DNA of 64,000 bases from Trichoplax adhaerens. Its lineage: Eukaryota; Animalia; Placozoa. Location: positions 1,047,205 to 1,111,204 of the forward strand of contig NW_002060962.1 of assembly GCF_000150275.1 (NCBI RefSeq). Direction: 5' to 3'. Below, piece by piece: positions 14,103-27,473 of the stretch; positions within the stretch are counted from its first letter, which is position 1, and each line of letters begins with the position of its first letter. A model generated the notes under the pieces. That model did not search any database, had not been told where the DNA came from, and saw nothing but the letters and a program-made list of their open reading frames with translations. The position numbers and the translations under genes are program-made.

Positions 14103-16015
14103 GGAGAAGTTTAGTAATACCAATATCGCTTCTTCTTGGAAAACCTTTCCTAAAAAATAGCTACGGACGTGGATTAAGCCTTTTAAAATGTAAGAAACGT
14201 AGTATTGGTGTTTAAACTAATTTTCAGGGAGTTTAACTTTTACTATTAAACGAATTAGAATACGGTAGATGCAGGCTTTGCTTACAGTTAAGGGTTCATT
14301 CGAGCTGTTTTTATATCATGTAAATAAAGTACTGCAGATTGGAATATTCTGATTTTGTTGACTGTACTGCATATGTGGTATTGGGATTAGTTAATAGGAC
14401 TAGGAAAGAATTTAATTTATGTATTAAATCTGTGAAAGTGTGTGGTGCAGCCCCCCTCCCCAAATATAGCTTAGATTACGATTCAAGATTGTACGAAAAG
14501 AGGCTAAATTACGCGCAGGGTTGTAAGACTGCATAAGTGTCTAATTGTGGAAGATATTTACAGTACGTATTGCAGTAATTGTATTGAGATGCTTATTTTA
14601 AGAATTTGAGATAGTAATAGATAGCGTTAATTATGTTCGTACTATGAGATTTGTATTGTGACGCTTTAATTAGAAGTGCGAATTATGAATTGATAGCACG
14701 ATAGTAAATTTATATATGATTTTGAAACCTAATTGCTAAAATATGATTGTGTTTGAAAGAAAATCATTTTGTAACTAATTGTATGTAAATTGTGAATATT
14801 GCTGTGATAATTCATATAGTCCAGAGATAGTCCTATTGAAGCTAGCTAGTTCTTGGTAGTTGTAATACGAACCTAATCTATGTAATAAAGTGAAGTTTAC
14901 AAGAAACTGCATTTTTGGTATTTTTGAGAAGACAATTTATCATAACGTGATTTTAAGAATTCTATCTAACTGTGAAATCCAACTAGTATTACAGGCATCT
15001 TCATTAAGATTAGCCACAATTTTAAATAAAAATTTTACCTCAAGATTTAATCTCGCTCATTTATAATAGATTGAAAACTAGTACTAACTGCATTTCTGTT
15101 CATCTACGATTAGAAAGATATATTGTAACTTTGTATATCTACTTCAAGCAATAGTTTTAATAGATCTTGCAACTTTTAGAACAACATATTTGCTCATTTA
15201 ATAAATATTCTGCATATAAATATTTCTGATCTACAACCCTTTAATGTTCGCAAATATTTTCATATTATAATTATCGAAATTCATTTACGAATTAATATAA
15301 TTCGAAATTATTTGATGATGATACGGTAGTAGAAGTCATCGTCTATCGAAAGATTTAGTCTGATGCTTTGTTATTATTTTTATTCACCGAAGCATTCATC
15401 TATTACACAATCTAGAGCTTTTTACTGACATTGCTAGAGGGAGAGCGTATAAAAGCATAAATCTTCAATTAAATAGATGACTCATATACTTATTCTTGCA
15501 AACTCATCCACTTAGATGTGCGATTAATTTTCCTTGAATGAGTTCCGTAACGAAGATTATCCATAAAATTCAGTATAACCAGCAATCAGTTTAATCATTA
15601 TTGCAAAATTTAATTAGCACATTTTAATGGATTTAACAGAATTTGTGGCATATAGAGTGAAATAAAACTTTATACTGTAGCATTAAAACAACAGTAAACC
15701 CGTCTTTAATAATTATAATCGCATCACAAGCTATAAGAACAATTTCCATCAGGTGTTAATAGTACTTATAAGTATTCACTAACTTATAACTGGAATACCC
15801 ATAAATATGTGCATGGAATAATTAGTTAGCTCGTAGATAAAAATTGATACTACTCTTACTTGATTCTATGAAAATTTTTCAGTTAAACTATGCTTACTAT
15901 TGTCTTCTACTAGCAAAGTCGAACCGTAGAAATACACTTTCTTCATGCTCCATAAAACTGATCCATAGACGGAAACGTATACTTAAAGAGACTAAGAATC
16001 CATTAAGTATATACT

Positions 16016-16464
16016 TGTCACAAATCAGCTTCGTGACAAGGATAACGTACAACAAATCTCTAAATTACTAAATTACTATAGTCTCCGGGATTCAGTATCC
16101 CTCTACTATCTCACAAGAATTTAGACGCCTTTGATTCTATGTTAAACTCAACTAGATAATTGAGAACTACTTTATTCAACTATCTGACGGGCTTATATAC
16201 CCTTCTACAGCAGCTAACATTCACGAGTCCTCTTATAAAATACTTAGGCGAGAATATCTACTAACTAATTTTTCACACTTGTACTACAATATGTCCATTC
16301 ACAGAATCATTTCAGTGCACATTACAGCACAGCATTAAATTTACTGTAACACATTTATAATTAGTGTAATTCCTATTGTAAGTAACTAGTTGTAATATAT
16401 TATCACTATATTATATTAACCAAATTTAGATAGCTATTTCTTCACGGTAGTTCGTACCGTGACA
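16016..16464 (-). mobile_element. Solo LTR, family A (449 bp)
   Basis: TGTCAC...GTGACA ends. Flanks ATACT/GTACT (TSD with one mismatch). Near-identical reverse complement of 49363-49798. Confidence 0.88.
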
Positions 16465-17264
16465 GTACTATATTAAAGAAGTAAAAACTCTATTAGAAAC
16501 TAAATCCCTATAATTTGAAGGTTTTTTAATTTGTTACTTATCTAAAATAAACTTAACAAACATACGGCGTTTGTAGAGGTAGTTGATAGTGATGGTATCG
16601 CTAGGCATATCACCTTATATATATATATTATGACGTTTAACTGACAGCTATGACGTTTCTTCCTGTACTTAAATTCAACCATATGGAATTATTAAATATA
16701 AATTACTACGTGTCAGTGGTGAATGAAATATATCAGCGTGACTGGCCAAGTGCGGTATTAAAATGCATACAATATTGCAACCATATTTTTTTGGACTATT
16801 TGAGTTCATATTAAACTCCAAGATATGAATGGTTTTGAATTTCAACTATCCTGCTAAATTTCAGGTAAGATGCTCAGATAGAGTATTAATACAATAGCAT
16901 ATACGTGTATCCCATGTACTGTAATTGAGGTTCCTTAACAAACTAATCGAAAGACTTCAACTCCCTGTTCTGCCATAGGCATTCCATAGCAAAGATGATG
17001 AGTTATAAAATAAATATAATTATTTGTAGGAAGTAGCCTTGATAAATTTTATGAAATTAGCATTTAGCCCTTCTACTAGCATATAATCTGATAGAAAGGT
17101 ATAACTGCTAGCAATTACAGCATTGCTTGACTAATTTGCCACTAAAATGTAAACTTGGAATAGATAATATTTGGATAATATAATATCACCTAAATATCCC
17201 TTTTCTATTCGAATAGTGTTCATATTTGAAAGTATTTCATTGCCATTAAACCAAGTGTCGAATA

Positions 17265-20186
17265 ATGTCGGGTTTATCAAGGCAGCAATACGTGCAACAA
17301 CCGCAAATGATGCTGCAACCAGAACAGCAATTACAAGCAGCCCAGCAGCAACCTCAAATTGAATCACAAGTGCAAAGAATTCAACAATATTCAATGGCAC
17401 AACAAGTACAAACAGAGCAACAGCAACCATCATTGGGACAGCAGATGTACATGCAGTCACAATCAATGTCACAATCTTATCCCATACAGCAATCACACAT
17501 ACAAATAACTTATCAGAAACAAGCTGCACAACAAAGTTGCTGCTACTCTTGCTGCTGCAGTAGACCTAGAATTTTGTCGAACCAAATGCATTCCGTCAAC
17601 TTTAAACTTGGTATTTGCATGCTGATTGTTGGCGTAACTTCGCTGGTATTTGGCATTATTGGATTTTTTACCACTTCAGTCTACTACGCAAACGGTCCTT
17701 ATCATTTCTATCATTTCAATGCATTGGTCTACAGTATATAGGTCCAAATATTTGGGCTGCAGTATTTGTAAGTCCTACTTATATAAAATTAGGACTACTA
17801 CTGTTATATCGGTATTTCTTGTATTCTTGGGTGTCCCATCATTAAAGCTATCCGCCACACTTATGTTTTCTAAACTACAAAATGAACTCTTGCATCCAAA
17901 TTATACTTTATAGTTCGATGATCACTCACCTGCTCAATTATTAAGATATTTATTATGGTAATTATTTACTGCCCTTGAGTGAATATCTAATTAAAAATTA
18001 TATAGAATCATGATGAATGATTCTTGCACAAATAGTTACTTCTAGACAAGATTTTTTAATTTAACTAAGTATTATGACCGTCTGACACTAATCATTTAGA
18101 CAATGAGAAAAAAAAATTAATAGGTAATATGTTTCATTAGTAAGATAGCTGAGCTTCTAAGTAGTGCAATATTTAGTCGAACTCGCTTTAATGGCTAATT
18201 AAGATAGCGTAAAGCACATCAATGCTGCTAATCTTTCCATTAGTGAATGTTAAGCGAACAGATGTTTATTTAAATTGCTTAAAACAATTATTAAGATAGC
18301 AGATCGTTTATTGATGTATTCTATATGGCTCTAATAGTAAGAGCTAAATCGGCATTCTTAACGTATCAATGGTTCTATTTACCGAGTAATTATCAAGACT
18401 TTTTAATTGCCTGGAGCATTAACTGAATCTTTAATATATTTATTAGTAAAAAATGCCGATAAATTGCATAACCTCAATGATGAGAAATGATTAATATTAT
18501 ACTTATTCGGTTTTTAAAGAATTGCTATTTATGCAATATTAGATAGGTTTTAAGATAAGTAATCTTCTTATTACAGATTTTTAGAGAGACAAAAATAGAG
18601 GACTAGCTGAGGTTGAATAGTTTTCGTTAGTAAAGTTAGTAATTTTATCAAAGTAAGTTTTAGTTAGGCATAAGTAAATGATTAACTTTTGGCGGCGTTG
18701 TAGTCACAAAGAATGCTAATCATCTTATTAGTACAATTTTCAGCTAGGTACAGCTAAATAATGAATTAATTGGCATTTCTAAAAATTCCTTTTAAAATTA
18801 AATTACAATTTTCCTCAAAACAATAGTTAGTCTTTCATCTTATAAATTCTCCTACAAAATATAAGCATGTACAGTATGTGAGTATCGGATTATATTTTAT
18901 AGTAAGCCATCTTTTTAATAATAAAATGATTAAACTATTCTCATTTGAAATTATCTCAATAATTCATCAAATGCGTAATGTTTTCGTCTAATTTACCTTG
19001 CAGTACATCATCAATGGTGCTCTGGCAACAGCAGCAATTCGAAACAAAACCAACATTCACCTGGTTAGGGATATACCATATTTTGTTATCGCATATACCA
19101 TTTCTATGATTAATTTATTAGTTATAAATATTATTAGTGTATAACTTACCATTTTGCTAGATATGTCTGATTTATAATGATGGCTATTATAATATTGTTA
19201 AAAACAGAAAAGATAAAACCAGTTGCTACTTACTGTAGTTTACTAGATTCATATTAAATCATCATTGCTAAGTGTTTATATACTTGAACGTGACCGATTT
19301 CGCATACGGTCACGTTCATACTCGAGGTAACCAACAAATTTATCTTAGACATCATTAATAGCAGCCAAATAAGGGTGTTAGAAGTGTTTTAAACATTTTT
19401 TCTGACCTAAGTCAAACCTTAACTTATATTTACTGATAATTATCTATCCGCTATAGATGAACAGCTTTTATGCCTTTACGATCATGAGCTTTATCTTTTC
19501 AATGGTTCATCTTGGCTTATGTATCGGTACAATATTTATTTATGGCACTAGATCGTCCTTGTGGTATAATACTGTGTCCATTATATTATCTTTCTTTGCA
19601 CTTTCCATCGCCTTAACTTTCACAATAATTCTGAGCCGATATATCTATTGCAAGAAAAGCAACTCTGTAAGCAAATAACGAAAATGGCAAATTATGCATT
19701 ATAAATGCTCCATTTTATGGACATCTTAAAGTCTGCTTCAGAGGCTTAAATTATTTAGTATTTATATGTGTATTGCAAGTGTACTGCTTGTAAATTCTAG
19801 GTTAAATAGCAATTTCAGGACCACAATAGAATTATAACATGCACTGAGGCATAACCTTCTTTTAAATTTTGACTATTATTCAATTAATAGAATATACCTG
19901 CTGTCCAGTTTTATAATCAGCCGGAAGTTGCTCTACCACCAAGGTTGATGCAAGCAGGTAGATAGTTTCTCTTTGAATTACAAGTTTTATCTGTATAGAT
20001 TAGCAGATATCTTTAACTTTATTAATTTCTATTTACTCAAATTCATTAGGAACGGCCTATCCTTCTCCAGTCTATAGGAAAGACGAACAAATAACGCCGA
20101 CTGCATACAATCCAGGTAATGTAGAAGCCATGTCTAAACCAATTCCACAAGAGCTGCCTCAATACTCTAGTGTTGTAAATCGGTAA
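17265..20186 (+). pseudogene. Array gene 3, frameshifted by a 5-bp insertion at 17730-17734; exons 17265-17767, 19004-19063, 19457-19666, 19891-19957, 20050-20186
   Basis: The ORF stops at 17741. Removing TACAG restores NALVYIGPNIWAAVF and a ~323-aa frame. All other exons and splice sites are intact. Confidence 0.85.
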
Positions 20187-22820
20187 CATAACTGAATGGC
20201 ATAAAAGAAATAAATGATATCATATTTTATCACAAGATTTAAATCATCAACGGTCTTAAGGCTGAATACATTTTTGAGTAACTACCATAGATTACTGGTT
20301 AAGGATCTTAATTTTATGCAACTGAAAATCAAGTAGATCATATAAGCGAATTTCATTTTTTCTTCAATGCTATATACAGTAAATATTTTCTAATTTGAAT
20401 AATTTGTGTAGCGATATATCAAGTATTACTTCTCGGCTATTTAGTTCTAAAAATTAAGTCAGGGTAACTTATAATTTCTACAAGATCAATACGCAATCTT
20501 GTTGATTTAAAATTGTTTTTGCTTGATGCATTTGATCAAATCGAGGATGATACTACACTGCTTTGTATTTTATTTGATAGTATTAATTTTGGAATGGTTT
20601 TAGCTCATACAATATAAACGCTCTTTTAGAATACTTTGATTAATAAAAAATACCATTTTTAAGCTCGAATTGTATAATCTTCTATAACTATATTATGTCA
20701 TGATTGAGTCTGACCTAAACTGGAAAGTAATCATAATCTGCCGACATAGCTGAGACTAAACTGGGATATGTATGACAGTTCTGTTTTACATGGGAACAAA
20801 TTTATAAAAAGAAGTTCGTAGAATGTTCAATTTGGTACAACTATGGTTAGGAAGCTTACCGCTAGTGAACACGGCATCTGCTAAATCCTACTTGAATTTC
20901 TCTACCACCAGAGTAAAAAATAACCAGGAATATCTAAAGCGAAATTTCCTTTATAAGGGGAAAAAGTTCATAATAGGAATTCCGCAGAACTTTCAAAGCG
21001 ACACAACTTATAGTAAGAAAGCTGTACACGAACCTTACATTTGCGTAATTTTGCTGAAATTTTAAATTTTGTCATAGACAGTCATGATACTGATAGCTGA
21101 TTCTTACATAAGCAAATTTACCGAGATACAGTAAATATTGGTACGTACTAAGTTAGCTTCAAATCTCAGCAGTACACCGGTGTCTATTTGTATGTTTACT
21201 TTTACGGTTTGATATTGATTACGAACTGAATTACTTTGAAACAACATAAAACTATATCTAAAACTATGACGGAACTAATTAACTGTTTGTATGTACATTC
21301 AAATCTGTAATTACTATTTTACCATTATGGAAATGCTTATAGTTTTGGAAATTGTTGATGACCAACTACAGTCCGTCGTTAAAGTTAATATTAGCTATTT
21401 CTTTAATAATTACTACTTAAGCTTAGAGCATTACTTATAATTTTCAAAGATTAGACGTTAACAATTTAAACATCATGACTGACAACTAAGAGAACCTAAG
21501 TTTAACCAAGAAGGCAACACTGATAAATAAATAATACGAAAGGAGATTTTCGTTAGTAATGTAGATACAGTTTCTAAATTATAAGTTCACTAAAATTTTA
21601 ACTCATTCTGGTTCACTAAAGTAAAATACAAATTTAAGAGGTACTATTTTTGGATTCGATTGTATAATATGTAGGTAGGCTGGTTTAAGAGCCTATTCTG
21701 CAGACATAACTTAAAAATGATTCATAAATAACGTACAAAAAGCGAAAAAATTTATTAGTGATTGTATAAGGAACACTTTTGTACAATTATAAGTAACTAT
21801 GCTGATATTTTGATTAATTTTGTAAATTTGTCTCAAACATAGTCATTTGATAGCGTACTTATGAATAATTTATAATAGAATGTAGAGGTAAAATAGAAGC
21901 AAATCAAACTATTGGTTGAAGTTTATTCTAAAAGATATTTTTATATTCTCTTATCTGTTCTATATATCTAGGCAAAAATAGTGTTCTTCTATTGCTATAT
22001 CAAACGCAAAATTTAATATGGGTAATGAAATTTTAAAAATATGTTAGCTACTTTAGTAATGTTTGCTATATTTATAATACTGGTCTACATTAAAAAATTC
22101 TCATATTGCCATACATTTTCAGTTGATTCCATAAAACTATTTTACTGAATACAATGAAATTCGTTAAATCTTAAGAATTTAGTTGCCGAGCTACCTACTA
22201 GATAAGAATACTTTTGGATAGGTGAAACCTAATTTGCACCACGATACTCAAGCATATAAGTAGTCCAAAATGCAATTCACAAAGTAAGTTAATATTTACT
22301 TGTTAGATTTCAATGAAATCTTAATACTTTAGCTCTGTATTGATGGAAAATGAAGCAGAAAAAGCTAAAGTAGGAGAATTATATAATTTTATATCTTTTA
22401 ACCTACTTTTACGTATCAATCATCTTTCAATGCAAGGCTAAAATATTTTTAAAATTCATCCTATTATGCATCAATATTAGTATTTTACACGTTAATTACC
22501 TTTAGAGTAGCTCATAAATTGTTTTTTAATTACGCAACTTGTGCTTATATTCTTTCTTTAGTAATACAAAATGCTATCATAACACACAAACTTCACTAGC
22601 TAAAGTTATGGCATTGATCTGGGCTATACTATTTCATATGGTAAATTTTTACATATCCATATTAAGACTTACAAAAAAGACTATACGTTATTAAATATTG
22701 TATACTCACCCAATTTTACCTTGCAATTATAATCACTTATTTTTATAATACTGTACATAGCAATTTCTTTAACTGATTGACTTGCTGAAATCATATAAAT
22801 TTTTTAGATTAGTTACTAAC

Positions 22821-23633
22821 CACTGCTATAACTTTATAATAATCTTCTCTTCTTAAAAGTATGACGAAAGCTATACTGAATGTAAAGGCAGATAATGCTA
22901 TGCTCAATGATATAAGTTTGTACCAATAGATAGCTCGAGTATATCAGTAAAGCATGAAGCCAGAACTGAGACCAATATGTACACCAGAGAGAATTAAGCT
23001 AAGCATGGATGAAATTGAAAAGTAATTCATCTATTGAAAATAGCAAGAAAAAATGTTTAAGAATCGGTAAGGTAGGACAACGTAAAAGACTGTTATATTT
23101 TATATACTGTAGTGGTATCGACATCACACGAACGTACTATTCATACACTATTTTACTGCTCACAAGACACAGTTGCAAAGATGCCCCAAACTGCATACTG
23201 CAATGAAATATAAATGAAGACAAATATTGTAATTGATCATAGGCTTCGTATAATAGCTTAAGGAAAATCCACGCAGGAATAAGTAAAAAACATGCTCAAT
23301 AAAATGGAAACGGAAATATATTTTGGGTATGGAATAAGATATAATTGAAAAAAATTCCTTTCAGGAAAATAGTTTTAACATCCAACGAGTAGTGAAAATT
23401 CCAATGATCCCAAATCCTACACTCGCAACGCCAGTCAGACATAATACGATACCAAGTCTTAACTGAGCGGCATGAAGATGCAAGGGCAAAGATTTCTCGC
23501 ATGGTATACAACAATTTTCATTAATAGCTTCGTCGTGATTAATTATTTGAGGCGTCTGACCTGGTAACATTTTAGTAAGAGTTTTCGTTTCTTGTGCATC
23601 TTGGACATATTTCACTAGGACAGGAGTAGCCAT
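22821..23633 (-). pseudogene. Array gene 4, pseudogene; remnant exons 23633-~23385, 23197-23138, 23030-22821
   Basis: Exon 1 loses homology after GIFTT and lacks the IWxG segment. Exon 2 reads YAVWGIFATVSCEQ*NSV*I. Exon 3 has an in-frame TGA. Confidence 0.85.
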
Positions 23634-23709
23634 CCTGCTTTGAAATACTTTAATTTTATTGTTAGCTCTACAAGGGTAAATCAAACATAGGTTCCTCATT
23701 ATATCTTGG

Positions 23710-24297
23710 GTTCACAAAACAACTTTCGTGAACGTACCTAAACTAGTCTATCTACTCTTAAGGTTTCCCGACTAACTCCGGAGATCCTCAGTAAAGGAAA
23801 ACTAACTTATTCCTATACCATAGACAACGAGTCCAACGATAGGTTTAGGTTATTAAATATTTTATTACCAGCTATTGCAACTTAGTACCAGTGTACTCTA
23901 GCGTAGCCTTCGTGGAACTCAGATTAAAAAGTAATGATCAAGCTTATATACAGTTTCATATATCACACAAATAAGATCGGTACTAATCTTTGACATTAAA
24001 TTATAGAATGTACAATACAGATCCATACAGGCTTACTATAGATTCGACTAGCTCGAGTGTTACTTATCACTTGTCACAAATTAATATTATTAATTAGCAC
24101 CTTATTAACTAACATAATAATCTTTACAGCTTGACATCTTAATTGCTAACACCATATCCACGCTGTATATTACTAGGATAATTAATAACAAAACTCAATT
24201 AACAACTAGGTTGTTGCCGTGATCGGCAACCTCCATAATAATATTGTTACACATTTTAGATCAAAATATTATTCATTTCGGAGCGAGCTCCGTCACA
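23710..24297 (-). mobile_element. Solo LTR, family B (588 bp)
   Basis: Exact TSD CTTGG (23705-23709, 24298-24302). Close copy of 25970-26550. One terminal dinucleotide is altered. Confidence 0.88.
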
Positions 24298-25198
24298 CTT
24301 GGATATTAGAACAATAAATTTCGCACTAAACTTTAGCAGCCTTAATTGAAGTATTTAATTTTTTAGCACCTTTTATCTTACTCAGTGATCGATTTTTATT
24401 TGCTGAAATAATGAATACTAATCGATTGCGCCAAATACTTGACTATGAATTGATCAAAATAATCCGATCTGCATTGAATAAATAAATTTTGAGAGAAAGG
24501 TTTTTGCTTTTTCCATACTGACTTTCGATAGACGAATTCTTCATTGTATTTAAACTTTTGATCACGTTGAATAAGGTTTTTATTTCATATTGTTTGCTAC
24601 TCTCTACCCAGCATTGCAATGGCGATATATGGAAGATAGATTTTGTGTGAAGGAACCGCAATGCACTTAACTAGCACTGAATGATATATACTGATATTTT
24701 CTCTAAATCATGTGATCTGAAGACTCTACAAAAGCCATAATGACTACGATCGATACTGTAGATAGGCTTTTAATTAATTTTAATGACAGTCTGAGAAAGA
24801 TTATTAACAAATCATACAGAATCTATTGAAAAATTAATGAATAAATTCATCACAATATATAATTAGGATCATTTCAACACATTCCACTATATTTCGTTGA
24901 CAATGCAGCTCATCAATTTTTGACAGATACTTTAAAGACGAAAATATTTCATTATTACTAAATTTCTAATTAATCAAGATTTGCTGATATACAATATATA
25001 TTATTGCTAGGTAATAACTTATTATTTTTACAGCATTTTTCTTCATTTTCAAGTATAATTCTTTAAGTACATGTCATTAAAATGATAATGTGATTGCCAT
25101 GCTGTCAGTATTTAATAACAAACGCATTAAAAATTCCGTTTTTCTTTTCCTTGACTCATTGCTAACAGACAAAAAGCAATAGTAGCATGGATGCTAGC

Positions 25199-25680
25199 TG
25201 TCACGGTACGAACCACCATGAAGAGTTAATAACTAAATTAGTGTTTAACATTTATATATGGACTAATAATGACTTATAGTAAGAACTACGGTAGTTATTA
25301 TTTTGTTGCAGTAAATTATGCTATTGCAGTAAGAGATTTCATAAGGTAACTAATATGAATTGATTATAGTGTTATGTCTTGTAACGCTTGTGATGAATAT
25401 CCTGAAGATATTCAATTATAGATAATACATACCATAAATAATTCTGTGTGTGGACATACTGAAGTCTAATTATCTAGAATCGTTCAGTACATGTCCAAAA
25501 TTATGAATAATGTCTTTATTAATTTAGCTAACCAATATGAGCTGAATTTTATGAACTGTTATGACTCATACATGATAGCTGCTGCCGAAGGGTATTTAAG
25601 CTCGGCAGATAGTTGAATAAAAGAAGAGTTTTATAGTTGTTTTAACGTAGAAGCAAAGGCGTCTAAATTCTTGTGCGGTA
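25199..25680 (+). mobile_element. 3'-truncated, diverged family-A-like LTR
   Basis: Starts TGTCACGGTACGAACCACC and shares GCTGC.GAAGGGTAT.TAAGC and AAAGGCGTCTAAATTCTTGTG with 49363-49798. No matching 3' end. Confidence 0.75.
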
Positions 25681-25684
25681 GCTA

Positions 25685-26550
25685 CATATCTTTCACTTCC
25701 TCATCGGACAAGGCGGTAAGTTATTCCGTCCTCTGGCTTTCAGCATCTTCGGTTAACAGGTTTCAATCTACGCTTGAGTGAGCCATCTTCACTTATCGGC
25801 GTATCAGTTGATCAGGTTATCTTCGTAGACTCTTCTGACTTCTTTACAAGAACTGAAATTGGTCTTCTTACCTTTTTCTTGAGGTCAGTTTGTCGAGTGC
25901 TAGCGTACCAAGGAGTTCCAAGTTTTAGGGCAAAGTGGTTTCTTCTTCGGATCCCACCGCTGCCACCAGTGTCACAAAACAGCTTTCGTGAACGTACCTA
26001 AACTAGTCTATCTACTCTTATGGTTCTCCGACTAACTCCGGAGATCCTCAGTAAGGGAAAACTAACTTATTCCTATACTATAGTAATCAAGTCAAAACGA
26101 TAGGTTTAGGTTAATAAATATCTTTATTACTAGCTTGCTTACGTTTGTACCAGTGTACCTTACGTTAGCCTCAGTGGAGCTGAGATTAAAAAGTAATAAT
26201 CAAGCTTATATACATTTTCATATGTCACACAAATAAGATCGGTGCTAATCTTTCACATTAAATTATATATTGTGCAATACAGGCTTACTATAGATCCGAC
26301 TAGATCGAGTGTCACTTATTACTTGCCACAAATTAATATTATTAATTAGCACCTTATTTACTAACATAATAATCTTCACAGTTTGACATTTTAATTGCTA
26401 ACACCATATCCACGCTTGATATTGCTACAATAATTAATAACAAAACTCAATTAACAACTAGGTTGTTGTCGAGAACGGCAAACCTCTATAATAACATTAT
26501 TAAACGTATTAGATCAAAATATTATTCATTTCGGAGCGAGCTCCGTCACA
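25685..26550 (-). mobile_element. Truncated LTR retrotransposon: family-B 5' LTR (26550-25970), PBS, ~270 bp internal sequence
   Basis: TG...CA LTR followed after one base by TGGTGGCAGCGGTGGGAT, then a purine-rich leader. Confidence 0.85.
25951..25968 (-). promoter_or_regulatory. Retrotransposon primer-binding site complementary to the tRNA-Leu 3' end
   Basis: The plus strand reads ATCCCACCGCTGCCACCA, the 3' 18 nt (including CCA) of animal tRNA-Leu(AAG/UAG) as I recall it. It is directly adjacent to the LTR. Confidence 0.85.
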
Positions 26551-26896
26551 ACATGGTTTGTTCATCTTAGTTAAGTAGGTAAACTTAAAGTCTACGTAAA
26601 TACTGTAGCTTTTATCCCATTGGATTATTGATGGTCCACTACAAAATATTGTTAATAAGAATAATCTTGACAATTATAAAATAAGATAAAAATGTTACTA
26701 TGCTGATTGTAGCTGCTAATGCTACGAAAATTATATAAAAATCCAGCTTTAAGTTATTGTAATACTTCTTTCTAGAAGTCTTTCTTCCTGCTAAATTTGG
26801 CTAGAATAGAGCTGCGAGTAGATTATCATTGTATAAAGGTCTTGTAAGATCCTAATTTTCTACAAATTTTGTAATTTTACGATCAGTTTAATCATA
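26551..26896 (+). mobile_element. Old, degenerate 3' part of a family-C LTR abutting the family-B LTR
   Basis: Colinear similarity to ~51618-51958, e.g. TTGGATTA.TGATGGTCC, GATTGTAGCTGC.AAT.CTACGAAAA, TAGAAGTCTTT, TAGAGCTG. Confidence 0.72.
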
Positions 26897-27473
26897 GCCT
26901 CACATGATCCAAATTAAGGGGGCTAGCAGTATGGATTTATTTTAATTGCAACCTGCAAATCTGAAATTATAATATTAACAGATGAGACTATAGTTGAAAT
27001 ATGTTCACTTTATTCAAAGGGCATTCGATGAATAAAATCGTTATAATATTTAATCGGTTATTATTTATTGATTTTGCCGTCTATTCGAATCTTGGATATT
27101 ACACAAACTACCTACAAAGATTTTTAAAGCTTTCACAAATGATTCATCTATGAATAATAACGTCTTTATGATAACATTTAAAAGACTTGCTAAAATAAGC
27201 TATATGTTTTACGAATGATATTACTGCAATATGTTATCTCAGCACAAAACAAATCGTTAGCCTTATTAAAAGAATAAAAAGATTACTAAAGAAAATTTGG
27301 TAAAGAACGAAGCTCTTTGCATTACAATTATTGTGGAATTCATACAGTAAGTTGATAATTACGTAAGGGTAAAAGTATATGTATATAATATTTAGTTGCT
27401 ATGAATTTATCCATTTTGATGTATTCCATTATAATTAGAATTTCAGAATCTTATTTTGTCTTAATGGCATAAA

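Noticed and set aside
17131-17913. Overlapping ORFs around gene 3 exon 1
   Set aside because: They are antisense or alternate-frame shadows of the Gln-rich exon. The 17615 ORF only carries the post-frameshift part.
25945-25968. tRNA-Leu gene
   Set aside because: Only the 3' ~18 nt match, including CCA, next to an LTR. This is a PBS with no cloverleaf.
25199-26550. Single 1.35-kb TIR element or intact retroelement
   Set aside because: No TSD, and the two ends belong to different LTR families in opposite orientations.
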